IMG/VR virus record: IMGVR_UViG_3300033143_006101
Location: 1-64,000 of that record
Length of the DNA stretch: 64,000 nt
Strand: one strand, 5' to 3'
This document shows positions 9,214 through 18,800 of the stretch, piece after piece (positions within the stretch are counted from its first letter, which is position 1; each line of letters starts with the position of its first letter). The notes below the pieces were generated by a model. The model searched no databases, had not been told where the DNA came from, and saw only the letters and a program-made list of their open reading frames with translations. Position numbers and translations under genes: made by a program.

Positions 9214-10151
9214 ATGCTTTCTAATTCTTTTCGTGTAATAGTTCTGGTTCCAAATTTTTTAACTACAATACTTGCAGCTTTATTGGCGAGTTTAGTACAT
9301 TTGTGTATTGGGCAACCTGATGCTAAAGTAACTGCTAATATTGCTATTACAGTATCACCTGCTCCAGACACATCATAAACATCCTGGGTTTCTACAGGTA
9401 AATGGATGCATTTTTTGGATGAGATTAAACTCATACCTTTGGAAGATCTTGTAATTAAGAGATATTGGAAGCCATATTCTTTAATAATTTGTCTTCCTAA
9501 AGTTTCTATTGCAGTATCATTGTTATCCACTTTTTTATTAACAAGTGTGGATAACTCATTTAAATTTGGGGTTACAATGTAAGCTTTTGTATATTTAGAC
9601 CAATCTGTTCCCTTTGGATCCACAATGGTTTTTTTATTCCAAGTTATTGCTACTTTAATTATATATTGGCATAAATCATCATCAAGTAACCCCTTATTAT
9701 AATCAGATAGTATTACACATTCAAATTTATTTATATTATCAAGAACTTGATTTCTTATTGTTTTTTTTATTGCAGTTGTGGGAGGTGAATAATCTTCTGT
9801 ATCTATTCTAACTATTTGTTGATATTGAGCAACTATTCGCGTTTTAGTTATTGTAGTACTTTGAGTATCATACAAGGAGTAATATATGTTTCTTTCCTCT
9901 AATAGCTTTTTTAAAATGGATCCATAGTTATCTTTCCCAATTAGTCCTATTAAATAAGGATGGGCATGGACAGATGCAATATTATCAGCTACATTTGCTG
10001 CTCCACCCGGGTTTTGTATTATTTTATCTACTTTAATAACAGGAACGGGTGCTTCAGGGGATATTCTATCAACATTACCTATGTAATATTGATCTAACAT
10101 AGCATCCCCGATAATTAATACTGTTGCATTGGAAAAGTTTAAGTTTTTCAT
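9195..10151 (-). CDS. rfaE1: D-glycero-D-manno-heptose-7-phosphate kinase (HldE/RfaE domain I, PfkB family)
   Basis: IGDAMLDQYYIGNVDRISPEAPVPV, GGAANVA, LSDYNKG, VDPKG, TPNLNE, DVSGAGDT. Confidence 0.92.
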   Translation of the reverse strand: MKNLNFSNATVLIIGDAMLDQYYIGNVDRISPEAPVPVIKVDKIIQNPGGAANVADNIASVHAHPYLIGLIGKDNYGSILKKLLEERNIYYSLYDTQSTTITKTRIVAQYQQIVRIDTEDYSPPTTAIKKTIRNQVLDNINKFECVILSDYNKGLLDDDLCQYIIKVAITWNKKTIVDPKGTDWSKYTKAYIVTPNLNELSTLVNKKVDNNDTAIETLGRQIIKEYGFQYLLITRSSKGMSLISSKKCIHLPVETQDVYDVSGAGDTVIAILAVTLASGCPIHKCTKLANKAASIVVKKFGTRTITRKELESITAGGS

Positions 10152-10191
10152 ATCATGTTTTTTTTGAGTAAAAAATATTACATATTACATG

Positions 10192-10218
10192 ATACTTAAA
10201 ATAGATGAAATTTTAAGG
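10192..10218 (-). promoter_or_regulatory. putative phage late promoter driving rfaE1 (CCTTAAA-N16-GTAT)
   Basis: One mismatch to the motif found upstream of structural operons; same 16-nt spacer. Confidence 0.5.
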
Positions 10219-10255
10219 TAAAAAATAGTAGTTAAAAAAGAATATAACTCCATTT

Positions 10256-10282
10256 CCCTAAATTATATAAAAGATCTTCTAT
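10256..10282 (+). promoter_or_regulatory. putative phage promoter CCCTAAA-N16-CTAT
   Basis: Motif copy in the divergent intergenic region. Confidence 0.55.
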
Positions 10283-10322
10283 CATTTAATATGTTTATAA
10301 AGTACAAATAAGGGGGATAATC

Positions 10323-10616
10323 GTGTCAATTTTGAATTGCTTTGATTGTACATATAATAAAATAGGAGCTGAATGCACCCATCCAAAAAGTAGTTCACGT
10401 AAATATGATGAAAACCAGTATCACTGTACATTTTTTAAAGAAAGAAAAAAAGCAAATCTTACAGTAGTAAAATGTTTAGAATGTACGTATCATGAACCAG
10501 CTGATTGTAAACATCCTAAAAATACCCCAGCTAATTTTTTAAATTTTTGGTATAGAACTGGCGATAAAGAATGTAATTACTTTAAGAAAAAAAATGATGT
10601 TTTAGTACGACAATAA
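10323..10616 (+). CDS. Cys-rich protein with two internal repeats
   Basis: CxxCTY...CxHPK...CxxFK occurs twice. Confidence 0.6.
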   Translation: MSILNCFDCTYNKIGAECTHPKSSSRKYDENQYHCTFFKERKKANLTVVKCLECTYHEPADCKHPKNTPANFLNFWYRTGDKECNYFKKKNDVLVRQ

Positions 10617-10635
10617 ATAAGAAAGATGGTATAAA

Positions 10636-10896
10636 ATGAATGATATAATTAATGCTTTATTTGAATTAGGTGGTGCTATTCTAACATGGTTTAATGTAAA
10701 GAAAATCCTAAAAGATAAAGAAGTAAAAGGTGTATATTGGCCTATTTGGTTATTCTTTACAAGCTGGGGATATTGGAATTTATATTATTATCCCAGCGTA
10801 GATCATCAATGGAGCTTTTATGCTGGCATATTATTAGTATTTGGTAATACGGTATGGGTTTCATTAGCATGGTATTATAATAGAAAGCAGAAGTAA
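10636..10896 (+). CDS. PQ-loop/SemiSWEET-like 3-TM membrane protein
   Basis: Three hydrophobic segments; KDKEVKGVYW loop. Confidence 0.5.
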   Translation: MNDIINALFELGGAILTWFNVKKILKDKEVKGVYWPIWLFFTSWGYWNLYYYPSVDHQWSFYAGILLVFGNTVWVSLAWYYNRKQK

Positions 10897-10921
10897 TTTA
10901 GATTTGATTTTTTATACATAT

Positions 10922-10992
10922 GGGTCGGTAGCTCGAAGGACGAGCAACGGGCTTTTAACCTGTAAGCGAGAGTTCGATTCTCTCCCTGCCTA
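10922..10992 (+). tRNA. tRNA-Lys(TTT)
   Basis: ACGGG-CTTTTAA-CCTGT; GAGAG-TTCGATT-CTCTC; one acceptor-stem mismatch. Confidence 0.8.
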
Positions 10993-10996
10993 ATAA

Positions 10997-11069
10997 CTCT
11001 CCGTAGCTCAGTAGGAAGAGCATCTGCCTTCTAAGCAGATTGTCACAGGTTCGAGCCCTGTCGGAGAGG
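10997..11069 (+). tRNA. tRNA-Arg(TCT)
   Basis: CTCTCCG/CGGAGAG acceptor; TCTGC-CTTCTAA-GCAGA. Confidence 0.92.
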
Positions 11070-11081
11070 CATGGAGAAAAA

Positions 11082-11267
11082 ATGGAGTTAAGAACATTTA
11101 TAGACATGCCCATTCTTAACACACAACAAATAGATTCTATGTCTAATGAAGAATATAAAAAGTTGTGCGAAAGGGGTAAACATAAGATTAAAGAAAGTTA
11201 CTGTCATATTGGAGAAGATATTATGGATGTAATTGTAAAAGGCAGAAACTTTGATAGATATGCTTAA
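11082..11267 (+). CDS. hypothetical protein
   Basis: Start MELRTF after GGAG, downstream of the tRNA. Confidence 0.5.
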   Translation: MELRTFIDMPILNTQQIDSMSNEEYKKLCERGKHKIKESYCHIGEDIMDVIVKGRNFDRYA

Positions 11268-11273
11268 ATAACT

Positions 11274-12060
11274 ATGAGACCGGAAAATATGTATAATTAC
11301 CCAAAATATTTTTATGGAGTAATCTATAAGATTACAAACATTCAAAATAATAAATGTTATATTGGAAAAACTTCTAATGTATACTTTAAAAATATATTAG
11401 AAGTCATTTTTATGAGGCACTAAAAAAGAGAGATAACAATAAGAGATATTTTTATAATACTATAAGAAAATATGGAAAAGAAAATTTTAAAATAGAAATT
11501 TTAGGTTTTTGCTATTCTGAAGAAGAGTTATATGAATCTGAGATTGAATGTATAGCTTTTTATCAAAGTAGTAATTCACTTTATGGATATAATTTAACAA
11601 AAGGTGGGGATGGTGGAGATTTAAGATGTAATTTTTCTGAAGCAGATAAATTAAAATGGAGAAAAAAGATAAGTAAAGCAACAAAAGAAAGAATACCGTG
11701 GAATAAAGGATTAACAAAAGAAACGGATAAAAGAGTATTAAAAAGTAGTAATACGATGAAAAAGCATGTGCGAACAAAAGAACATTGTGAAAAAATTAGT
11801 AAAGCTATTAAAGGTAAAAAAAGATCAGATGAAATAAAAAAGAAAATGTGTGAGGCACACAAAAAAAAATACGGAAATGGTTTTTTTGGAAAAAAACATA
11901 CTAAAAAACAAAAGAAAAAATGAGTTTATTACGAAAAGGAAAACCGAGTAAAAGAAAAGGAAAAATGCATGAGGAGATCTTTGGAAAAGAAAAATCGAAA
12001 GAAATAAAAGAAAAGATAAGAAGCACACTTTTAACTAAAAATTCTAAAAAGGTAGAATAA
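11274..12060 (+). pseudogene. frameshifted GIY-YIG homing endonuclease with NUMOD3-like repeats
   Basis: GVIYKITN...CYIGKT, then after a shift near 11390: IRKYGKENFKIEIL...GYNLTKGGDG...PWNKG...FFGKKHT; second shift near 11915; absent from the ORF track. Confidence 0.8.
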
Positions 12061-12061
12061 T

Positions 12062-12619
12062 ATGGAAGAGACCTTAGTTTTAAACACAGGATATATTCCT
12101 ATTAGAATTGTATCGGATCGTGAGGCTATTTGTCTTCTTTATCAATCAAAAGCTTATACTGTAATTGAAACTGATCGTGTAATGCGTTCACCTTCAATTG
12201 TATTTAAAATACCATCCGTAATTGCTCTTGTAGGATATAATAAATTTCCACAAAGGAAAGTTGGATTTTCTAAATTGAATATAATTTATCGTGATGATAT
12301 GACTTGTCAATATTGTGGAAAAAGATTTAACATGAATGAACTTACAATAGATCATGTTATCCCAAGAAGTAGATGGGCAGATGAAAAAAGAACAAATAAG
12401 AAAAATTGGACAAATTGGCTTAATTGCGTCTGTTCATGTAAATGGTGCAATAATGCAAAAGGGAATAAACTTCTTCATGAATTAAGATGGAGTTTACCTA
12501 GAAAACCTTTTGAACCAAAATATCTGCCTCATATTGTTATTTCTTTCGATAAAGCAGAAAAAAAAGGTTGGATCCCATTTTGCAAATTTAATGTAAAATT
12601 ACTGAACAGACTTTCATAG
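12062..12619 (+). CDS. HNH endonuclease (McrA-like)
   Basis: TLVLN...RDDMTCQYCG...TIDHVIPRSR...CSCKWCNNAKG. Confidence 0.9.
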   Translation: MEETLVLNTGYIPIRIVSDREAICLLYQSKAYTVIETDRVMRSPSIVFKIPSVIALVGYNKFPQRKVGFSKLNIIYRDDMTCQYCGKRFNMNELTIDHVIPRSRWADEKRTNKKNWTNWLNCVCSCKWCNNAKGNKLLHELRWSLPRKPFEPKYLPHIVISFDKAEKKGWIPFCKFNVKLLNRLS

Positions 12620-12874
12620 GAGGACAGTAATGAGGGATAGATATTATAGTGCAGATGATTTTGTAGAAGACATTCTTGACATAGCGTCAGATGTTTTTGA
12701 GATTTTTATTGATATAAGTTTAGGTATCATAGGTCTTGCGTTTAATGACTTCTAAGAATCTAAAACATAGAAGCGAAGATAGTATTATTGGTTCATTTTT
12801 ACTTATTTTAATGGTAGCATCTGCAGTAGCTTTAGTTATTGCTTGCGGATATCTATTATTTAATGGGTAAATAA

Positions 12875-12946
12875 GCCCCTGTAGCTCAGTGAAAGAGCAC
12901 ATGACTACGGATCATGGTGTCGAGGGTTTAAATCCTTCCAGGGGCA
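12875..12946 (+). tRNA. tRNA-Arg(ACG)
   Basis: GCCCCTG/CAGGGGC acceptor; CATGA-CTACGGA-TCATG. Confidence 0.88.
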
Positions 12947-12959
12947 CAGGTATATTATA

Positions 12960-13250
12960 ATGAGACCGGAGATTAAAATTATGAAACTATATAAATGTAG
13001 GTGTATGATAATCCCTGAAGAGGAATTAGAAATACAAGAATATAAAGAAGGAGCTTTAAAAGAAAAGTATTGTTGTGACGGCTGTGATGCTTATTTTTAT
13101 CCTTGTAACCTCTTCAATTACTTTATGTATTATCTTGGTAAACCTTTTGGGTATGAAGCTTGGGGTTTGAACGAAATGCTGACTTGGAATGATATAGAAT
13201 GGTGGTTAGTAAAAATAAAAGTAAGAATAGAAGAATTTTTTAATAAGTGA
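12960..13250 (+). CDS. hypothetical protein
   Basis: ORF between tRNAs. Confidence 0.5.
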   Translation: MRPEIKIMKLYKCRCMIIPEEELEIQEYKEGALKEKYCCDGCDAYFYPCNLFNYFMYYLGKPFGYEAWGLNEMLTWNDIEWWLVKIKVRIEEFFNK

Positions 13251-13319
13251 CCGTAGCTTAATTGGTAAAGCATTCGGATGATAACCGAAGGAGCGAAGGT
13301 TCAATTCCTTCCGGTCGCA
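13247..13319 (+). tRNA. tRNA-Ile(GAT)
   Basis: GTGACCG/CGGTCGC acceptor; TTCGG-ATGATAA-CCGAA. Confidence 0.88.
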
Positions 13320-13328
13320 ATAAAATAG

Positions 13329-13357
13329 TTGATATAGTCGAACTTACTGTATATATT
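13329..13357 (+). promoter_or_regulatory. sigma70-like promoter TTGATA-N17-TATATT, probably giving a near-leaderless transcript of the HNH gene
   Basis: Canonical spacing; ATG at 13367 lies 9 nt after the -10 box with no Shine-Dalgarno. Confidence 0.5.
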
Positions 13358-13366
13358 AAATTTAAA

Positions 13367-13907
13367 ATGTATAGAAGGTTCGAATCTATAAAAAACACTA
13401 GAAGATTAAATGGTTATATTGTTATATATAAACCAGATCACCCCAAAGCAATGACATCCAAAAATTGGGAGGGTTATATTTACGAGCATATAGTGGTTGC
13501 TGAACAAATATTAGGTCGAAAACTGACAAGTACCGAGGTTACACACCATGAAGATGAAGTAAGTTCAAACAATAGTCCAAGTAATTTAAAAGTTTTTAGA
13601 ACACGAGGAGATCATAATAGATACCATAAAGGATTTGAAATTATTAGATTATCAGATAGTACGTATTAATGTAGTATTCATTCCTGCATAGATTGTGGTA
13701 AAGAGCTTTTTAAAGTAAAAATTACTAGATGTTGGGAATGCCATAAAATTTGGAAAGCAAAAAACATACCTTCAAAAAAGGTTTTAGAAAAGTTAATTTG
13801 GAAAAAACCAACAGTATATATAGCAAAGGATTTTGAAGTTTCAGACAAGGCAGTAGAAAAATGGTGTAAGAAGTATAATCTTCCAAAACCCCCAAGAGGT
13901 TATTAGA
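13367..13907 (+). pseudogene. HNH homing endonuclease with in-frame stops (HNH + zinc finger + HTH tail)
   Basis: YIYEHIVVAEQILGR...HH...NNSPSNL; frame continues past TAA at 13667 as CIDCGK...CWEC...AKDFEVSDKAVEKWCKKYNLPKPPRGY, then TAG where W is usual. Confidence 0.75.
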
Positions 13908-13923
13908 TGAAACATAAATATAA

Positions 13924-14000
13924 GGGTTCTTAGCTTAGCTGGTCGAAAGCACTTGACTCATAATCAAGAGATTTCCTGGGTTCGAATCCCAGAGAGCCCA
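13924..14000 (+). tRNA. tRNA-CAT (Ile2/lysidine type or elongator Met)
   Basis: GGGTTCT/AGAGCCC acceptor; CTTGA-CTCATAA-TCAAG; TTCGAAT. Confidence 0.88.
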
Positions 14001-14016
14001 ATATTTCATAATGGTT

Positions 14017-14057
14017 AATCCCGGCATTATTCTCGACATAATGTCGGGATTTTTTTT
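14017..14057 (+). terminator. rho-independent terminator closing the tRNA region
   Basis: AATCCCGGCATTAT-loop-ATAATGTCGGGATT followed by a T run. Confidence 0.85.
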
Positions 14058-14064
14058 ACTTATA

Positions 14065-14091
14065 CCTTAAATTTATGAAAATTCCGACTAT
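14065..14091 (+). promoter_or_regulatory. putative phage late promoter CCTTAAA-N16-CTAT
   Basis: Directly after the terminator, at the start of the structural region. Confidence 0.65.
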
Positions 14092-14123
14092 TATTTTATT
14101 AAAATTTTGAGAGAGGTATAGCT

Positions 14124-14267
14124 GTGTATTTTAAAAACTTTAAAGATTTAGGTCAGTTATTAAAAAAATCGGATGATTTGGGGTCAAAAAATCTCGAAGA
14201 GGAAGAGATGGAAGAAGCCTGGACTGAAGGTCCAGCAAAATCACAACAATCTAAGGAGCCAGCATAA
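14124..14267 (+). CDS. small acidic protein (47 aa, not in ORF track)
   Basis: GAGGT Shine-Dalgarno, GTG start, MYFKNFKDLGQLLKKSDD... Confidence 0.55.
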   Translation: MYFKNFKDLGQLLKKSDDLGSKNLEEEEMEEAWTEGPAKSQQSKEPA

Positions 14268-14268
14268 T

Positions 14269-14514
14269 ATGAAACTTAACAGCAACACAATTTTACTAGA
14301 TTCAAATGATGTACAGAAACTTATAGGTATCGCGGAAAATATTGCAAAAGAAAATAATGTATATAATGTAAAAGATGTAGAATTTGCTTTGGATCCAACA
14401 CGAGGAAACGTTAGTTTTTCAACTCAGCTACCTCCAAAAGAAATTACATCAATGTATAACAAAGAAAGGACAAAAGAAGATAAATTACAAGAGTTAGCTA
14501 ATATAGTAAGATAA
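14269..14514 (+). CDS. hypothetical protein
   Basis: Start MKLNSN after AAGGAG (track ORF at 14173 is over-extended). Confidence 0.55.
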   Translation: MKLNSNTILLDSNDVQKLIGIAENIAKENNVYNVKDVEFALDPTRGNVSFSTQLPPKEITSMYNKERTKEDKLQELANIVR

Positions 14515-14515
14515 G

Positions 14516-14887
14516 ATGCCAAGAAAAGTTAAAACTATAGGAAATGATTTACCATCTCCTAGTAGTAAGCATCAAGTTTTAGGAACTGTTTTTTTAGTAC
14601 AAGAAGGTACATCTACTGGAATTTATACTTTTAATTTTGAAGATGGTAGTATCATATACTTCGAAAATGAAATCAAACAATCTTTTGAATATCTTTTAGT
14701 GGATAACATAGGAGAAGGTAGAGTACGCTTCGCTTTTAATAAAATAGGTTTACCATTAGTTAGTTCAATAGACGGAGCAAAGACGTTGCGTGCCGGGGAT
14801 AGTTTGTATATCCAGGATTTTGTAAGAAATATCACTCTATTTTTTATAGAATCTTCTATTGTTGAATTAGTTTTAATGTCTAAATAG
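14516..14887 (+). CDS. putative small virion protein (one TSTG)
   Basis: Beta-rich ORF in the late operon. Confidence 0.5.
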   Translation: MPRKVKTIGNDLPSPSSKHQVLGTVFLVQEGTSTGIYTFNFEDGSIIYFENEIKQSFEYLLVDNIGEGRVRFAFNKIGLPLVSSIDGAKTLRAGDSLYIQDFVRNITLFFIESSIVELVLMSK

Positions 14888-14896
14888 GAGGTTATC

Positions 14897-15193
14897 ATGC
14901 CAAGTCCTTTCCAAACTAAAAAAAATTTAGAAAAAAGTATTAAGCAAAGTTACGTCAGCTCTGGGGGTATGAGAGTCAAACGATGTAAAGTAGATATTGA
15001 TAATATAGGATTAATCAAAATTTCTATGGCACTAAATCCCGGGAGTTTACCTGCTGAAGTTGTAGAAGAACTTATTTATAAAACATTCGATAGTGTGGGT
15101 GTTAAAGCATTCGTAAAAGATGGTTGGAATGATATAAGAATCGATCAGCAATCACCATCGGTTGTTAGGGTGAATGTAGAAGGATATATGTAA
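14897..15193 (+). CDS. hypothetical protein
   Basis: AGGAGG Shine-Dalgarno. Confidence 0.55.
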   Translation: MPSPFQTKKNLEKSIKQSYVSSGGMRVKRCKVDIDNIGLIKISMALNPGSLPAEVVEELIYKTFDSVGVKAFVKDGWNDIRIDQQSPSVVRVNVEGYM

Positions 15194-15195
15194 CT

Positions 15196-15648
15196 ATGAA
15201 TGATCTATTTGATAATCCGAGTTTTAATGATGATAATCTTAAAGAATATATCTATAGTGATCTGAAACAAATTAAGCAAGCTGTTAAAAAAGATATTTTT
15301 CAAAATGCAAGTGTAGATACAGCTCTTATGGAACTATTAGATAATGATCAAACTAAAGTTGAAAAAGAAAAACATTTTTTAGCTGAGATGTCTCATGAAG
15401 AGTTTGCAGAATGGTTAATGCATACACATGATTCTCTTGTAAATAAACTAATGGGCCTTTCAAAACAAGATTTTTTTGAGGGAGATGCTTATGTAGATCG
15501 ATATTTTAGTATAACATTTATGAATGAGTTAAATAATTTATTATCGCTTTATGGGTTAAGAGTACCAACTGGAGTGATTAAAATCTTAGAAGAGAATAGA
15601 TATAATAAATTAATAATGATTTTATCTATTTTAAATTATACCAAATAA
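15196..15648 (+). CDS. hypothetical protein
   Basis: ORF in operon. Confidence 0.55.
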   Translation: MNDLFDNPSFNDDNLKEYIYSDLKQIKQAVKKDIFQNASVDTALMELLDNDQTKVEKEKHFLAEMSHEEFAEWLMHTHDSLVNKLMGLSKQDFFEGDAYVDRYFSITFMNELNNLLSLYGLRVPTGVIKILEENRYNKLIMILSILNYTK

Positions 15649-15659
15649 AGGATTATTTA

Positions 15660-15818
15660 ATGATATTTCCTAAAGATAAGAAAATAAGAATTAATTTAGA
15701 ACGAAGAGTGCAAGCTGATGGAGAAGGAGAAGCCGAACCTTGTCCAGATTTGTATGTGCTATTATGTAATCATGATGAAATAATTACTTGTAACAATGGA
15801 CAATGGATAATCGATTAA
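15660..15818 (+). CDS. small hypothetical protein (52 aa, not in track)
   Basis: MIFPKDKK...WIID*, stop abuts the fibre ATG. Confidence 0.45.
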   Translation: MIFPKDKKIRINLERRVQADGEGEAEPCPDLYVLLCNHDEIITCNNGQWIID

Positions 15819-18800
15819 ATGGCTATAATAACTTCAAAATACCATCAAGACTTAAATACAAGTTGTGGTATACATATCCCTCACTCGTTTGAATATGCTA
15901 CGTCTACTGGTAGAATAAATGCTACAGGATTAACTGCAGTAGATGTTTATAAATTAGCTCTGCAAAAAAGTGATGATACTTTATGGATTTTAACAAATCA
16001 TGGTCCTGTTACCTGGAAATTACTTGGTGGTGCTACTTGGGGTACTATTACTGGAACTTTATCCGATCAAACTGACTTGCAAGATGCTTTAGATGATAAA
16101 TCTGATACAACACATGGGCACACACATGCTTCTACTACCGGAAAAACAGCAAATGATCACCATAACCAACAGCATGCTATTGATGGGAGTGATCATACAG
16201 GCACATTGGATCACTCAGAAATAAACGACGATGAGAATACCAAGCATAGGATTATAAATGATGCAGATACGAGTGTTACTGAGTTATGGTCAGCTGATAA
16301 AATAAATACTGAACTCGGGACAAAAACTAGTACAGGTCATACACATGAAGAATCAGATATTACTGATTTAGATCATGATGCTCAAAAAATTAAGGGAGTT
16401 ATAGTCGATGACTCGGCCAAAGCGGATGGAAAGGTACTAACATATGAATCCTCAACTGGAGAGATAATATATGGTGATGTAGTAACTACTGATGAGAAGG
16501 TTAAGGCAAGTGCGGGTGATCCTACAACAGGATATTTAGATGCTAAAGTTGACAATGCAACTATAGAAATAAGTGCTAATAAATTAAAAGTTAAAGATAG
16601 TGTATTTTCAAGCACGGGCCATGCCCATACTGAATCGGATATAACAGATTTGGATCATTATGATAGTTCTGATTTCTCTACAGATTTTGGGAATGCCGAT
16701 CTTGCAAATCTTGGTACTAAAAACCACAGTGATCTTAATGATGATGAAGTCGCACAGCACCGTATTATAAATGATTCAGGAACTAGTGCTACTGAACTCT
16801 GGTCAGCTGATAAAATCAACGCAGAGTTGAATACTAAAACTTCAACTGGATATGTGTTAGATCAATTCACAGATATGAAAGAGCCCACCGGATTTCCCAA
16901 TAGAACAGATAGTACTATATCGTTCTCTGATTCAAGCCCAGACAGAACTTTTACTATTGCTCCGGCAGTAAGTACTTTTGACTACTATATTAAAGGAGTA
17001 AAGTATACAAAATCTGGTGCGGTGACACGGCAAATAACTGACGACGAAGGATTGCACTTTATATATTTTGATGGGGAAACCCTTACATCGACAACTACCT
17101 GGAGTGATATTCTTTTTACTGATTATGCCATAGCATCAATAGTTTATTGGGATGATGACAACAATTTACATGTATACTTCGCAGACGAACGACATGGCAT
17201 AACCATGGATGGGGCGATGCATAAACTGTGGCACGATATTATTGGATGTGCGTGGGAAGAAGGATTAGCTTTAGGAAACATGACTGTAAATGGTAGTGGT
17301 GATGTTAATAGCCACGCCCAGTTCTCTGTATCTGATGGAGAAATACATGATGAAGATTTGGAACATGAGATAGAAGATGGAAGTCCTCAGGATTTAAGTA
17401 CCATCGCACAGATACCTATTATGTATCGCTCTGGTGCTACTGGCGTATGGCGTATGAAAGCAGCAGATGACTTCCCAATCATATATGATGGGACTGCTGG
17501 TTATAATCCAACAGGTGGCAACGATAGAGTACCCTATAACGAATGGACTGGTAGTACTTGGCAACTCATAGAAGTAGGATCAGATAATGACTTTGTTCTC
17601 GTTCATTATTTTGCTACTAATGATACCGAACACCCTATTATTGGAATACAAGGGCAAGATGAGTATACAAATCTCGGCAATGCTAGAGAAGGTGCAACTA
17701 CCGAAATAAATAACCTAGTGACTTCAGGTCTACCAACTGCTGAGTTTACACCAATAGCTACATGTATTTTTCAAACTAATGATGACGGTTATACTAATAC
17801 TCCTCATGCAAAAATAAGAAGCACTGATACTGGAGATGATTATGTAGATTGGAGAGGTTCAAAATTATCTCAATCTGCGGGTACTAGCAGTCACCCAAAC
17901 CTATCTGAATTAGGCTTCGATGAATCAGGCCATAACGGATTCCAGAGAGAAACATATCAAGATACTTCTAATCCTGATGCAGACCATGATAGTGCAGATA
18001 CTAATGCTATAGGTATAAAATTCAGAGCAGGTGACTTCTGGGAAAACACAAGCACGGATATCGTATATATATGCCTTGATGCTACAGCTACTGCTGCAAT
18101 ATGGAACGCGATTGTAGATGTGAGTACAGGCCAAACTCTTACAAATAAAACTCTAACTACACCTACTATTGGCGACTTGACAAATGCTACACATGACCAT
18201 ACTGATAATGCGGGTGGTGGTGTTCTAAATCACTCAGACTTGAACGATGACGAAGCTACAAAACATAGACTTATAAATGACTTGGATACTTCCGCAACCG
18301 AGTTATGGTCCTCAGATAAGATTAATACTGAACTTGGGACAAAGACTTCAACAGGCCACACCCATACAGAAAGTGATATTACAGATCTCGATCACGATGC
18401 CCAGAAAATTAAAGGTGTTATTGTTGATGATTCAGCAAAGGCTGATGGGTACGGATTAGTTTATGAAAGTTCTACGGGAAATATTATATATTCGGCTAGT
18501 GCTGGTGGAACAGACAATAATGCTATTCATGACAATATAGCTGGCGAAATATCTATTATTACAGCAAAGAGTTCTCCGACAGGCTCAGATAAGCTTTTGA
18601 TAGAAGATGCTGCAGATACCAATAAAAAGAAGAGCATAGATATTCAAAATCTTCCACTTAGGCCATTGACCGATGCTTATATTTGGGTTGGGATCGGTGG
18701 AGTTGAAACAGCTGTACCTTTGGCTCATACTCATAACCATGCGACTGATATTACTAATGTTCTTCCAGATCAACATCATAATGAAGATCATCAGGCCAGA

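Noticed and set aside
7423-13366. Track ORFs starting at 7423, 9172, 11040 and 13262
   Set aside because: Their 5' parts run through tRNA genes; better starts are 7513, 11082 and 13367, and 9172 is antisense to rfaE1.
13667-13907. Stop-codon reassignment (in-frame TAA and TAG in the HNH gene)
   Set aside because: All long structural and enzyme genes are intact under code 11; TAA, TAG and TGA each end genes directly before the next gene; no suppressor tRNA seen. Pseudogenisation is simpler.
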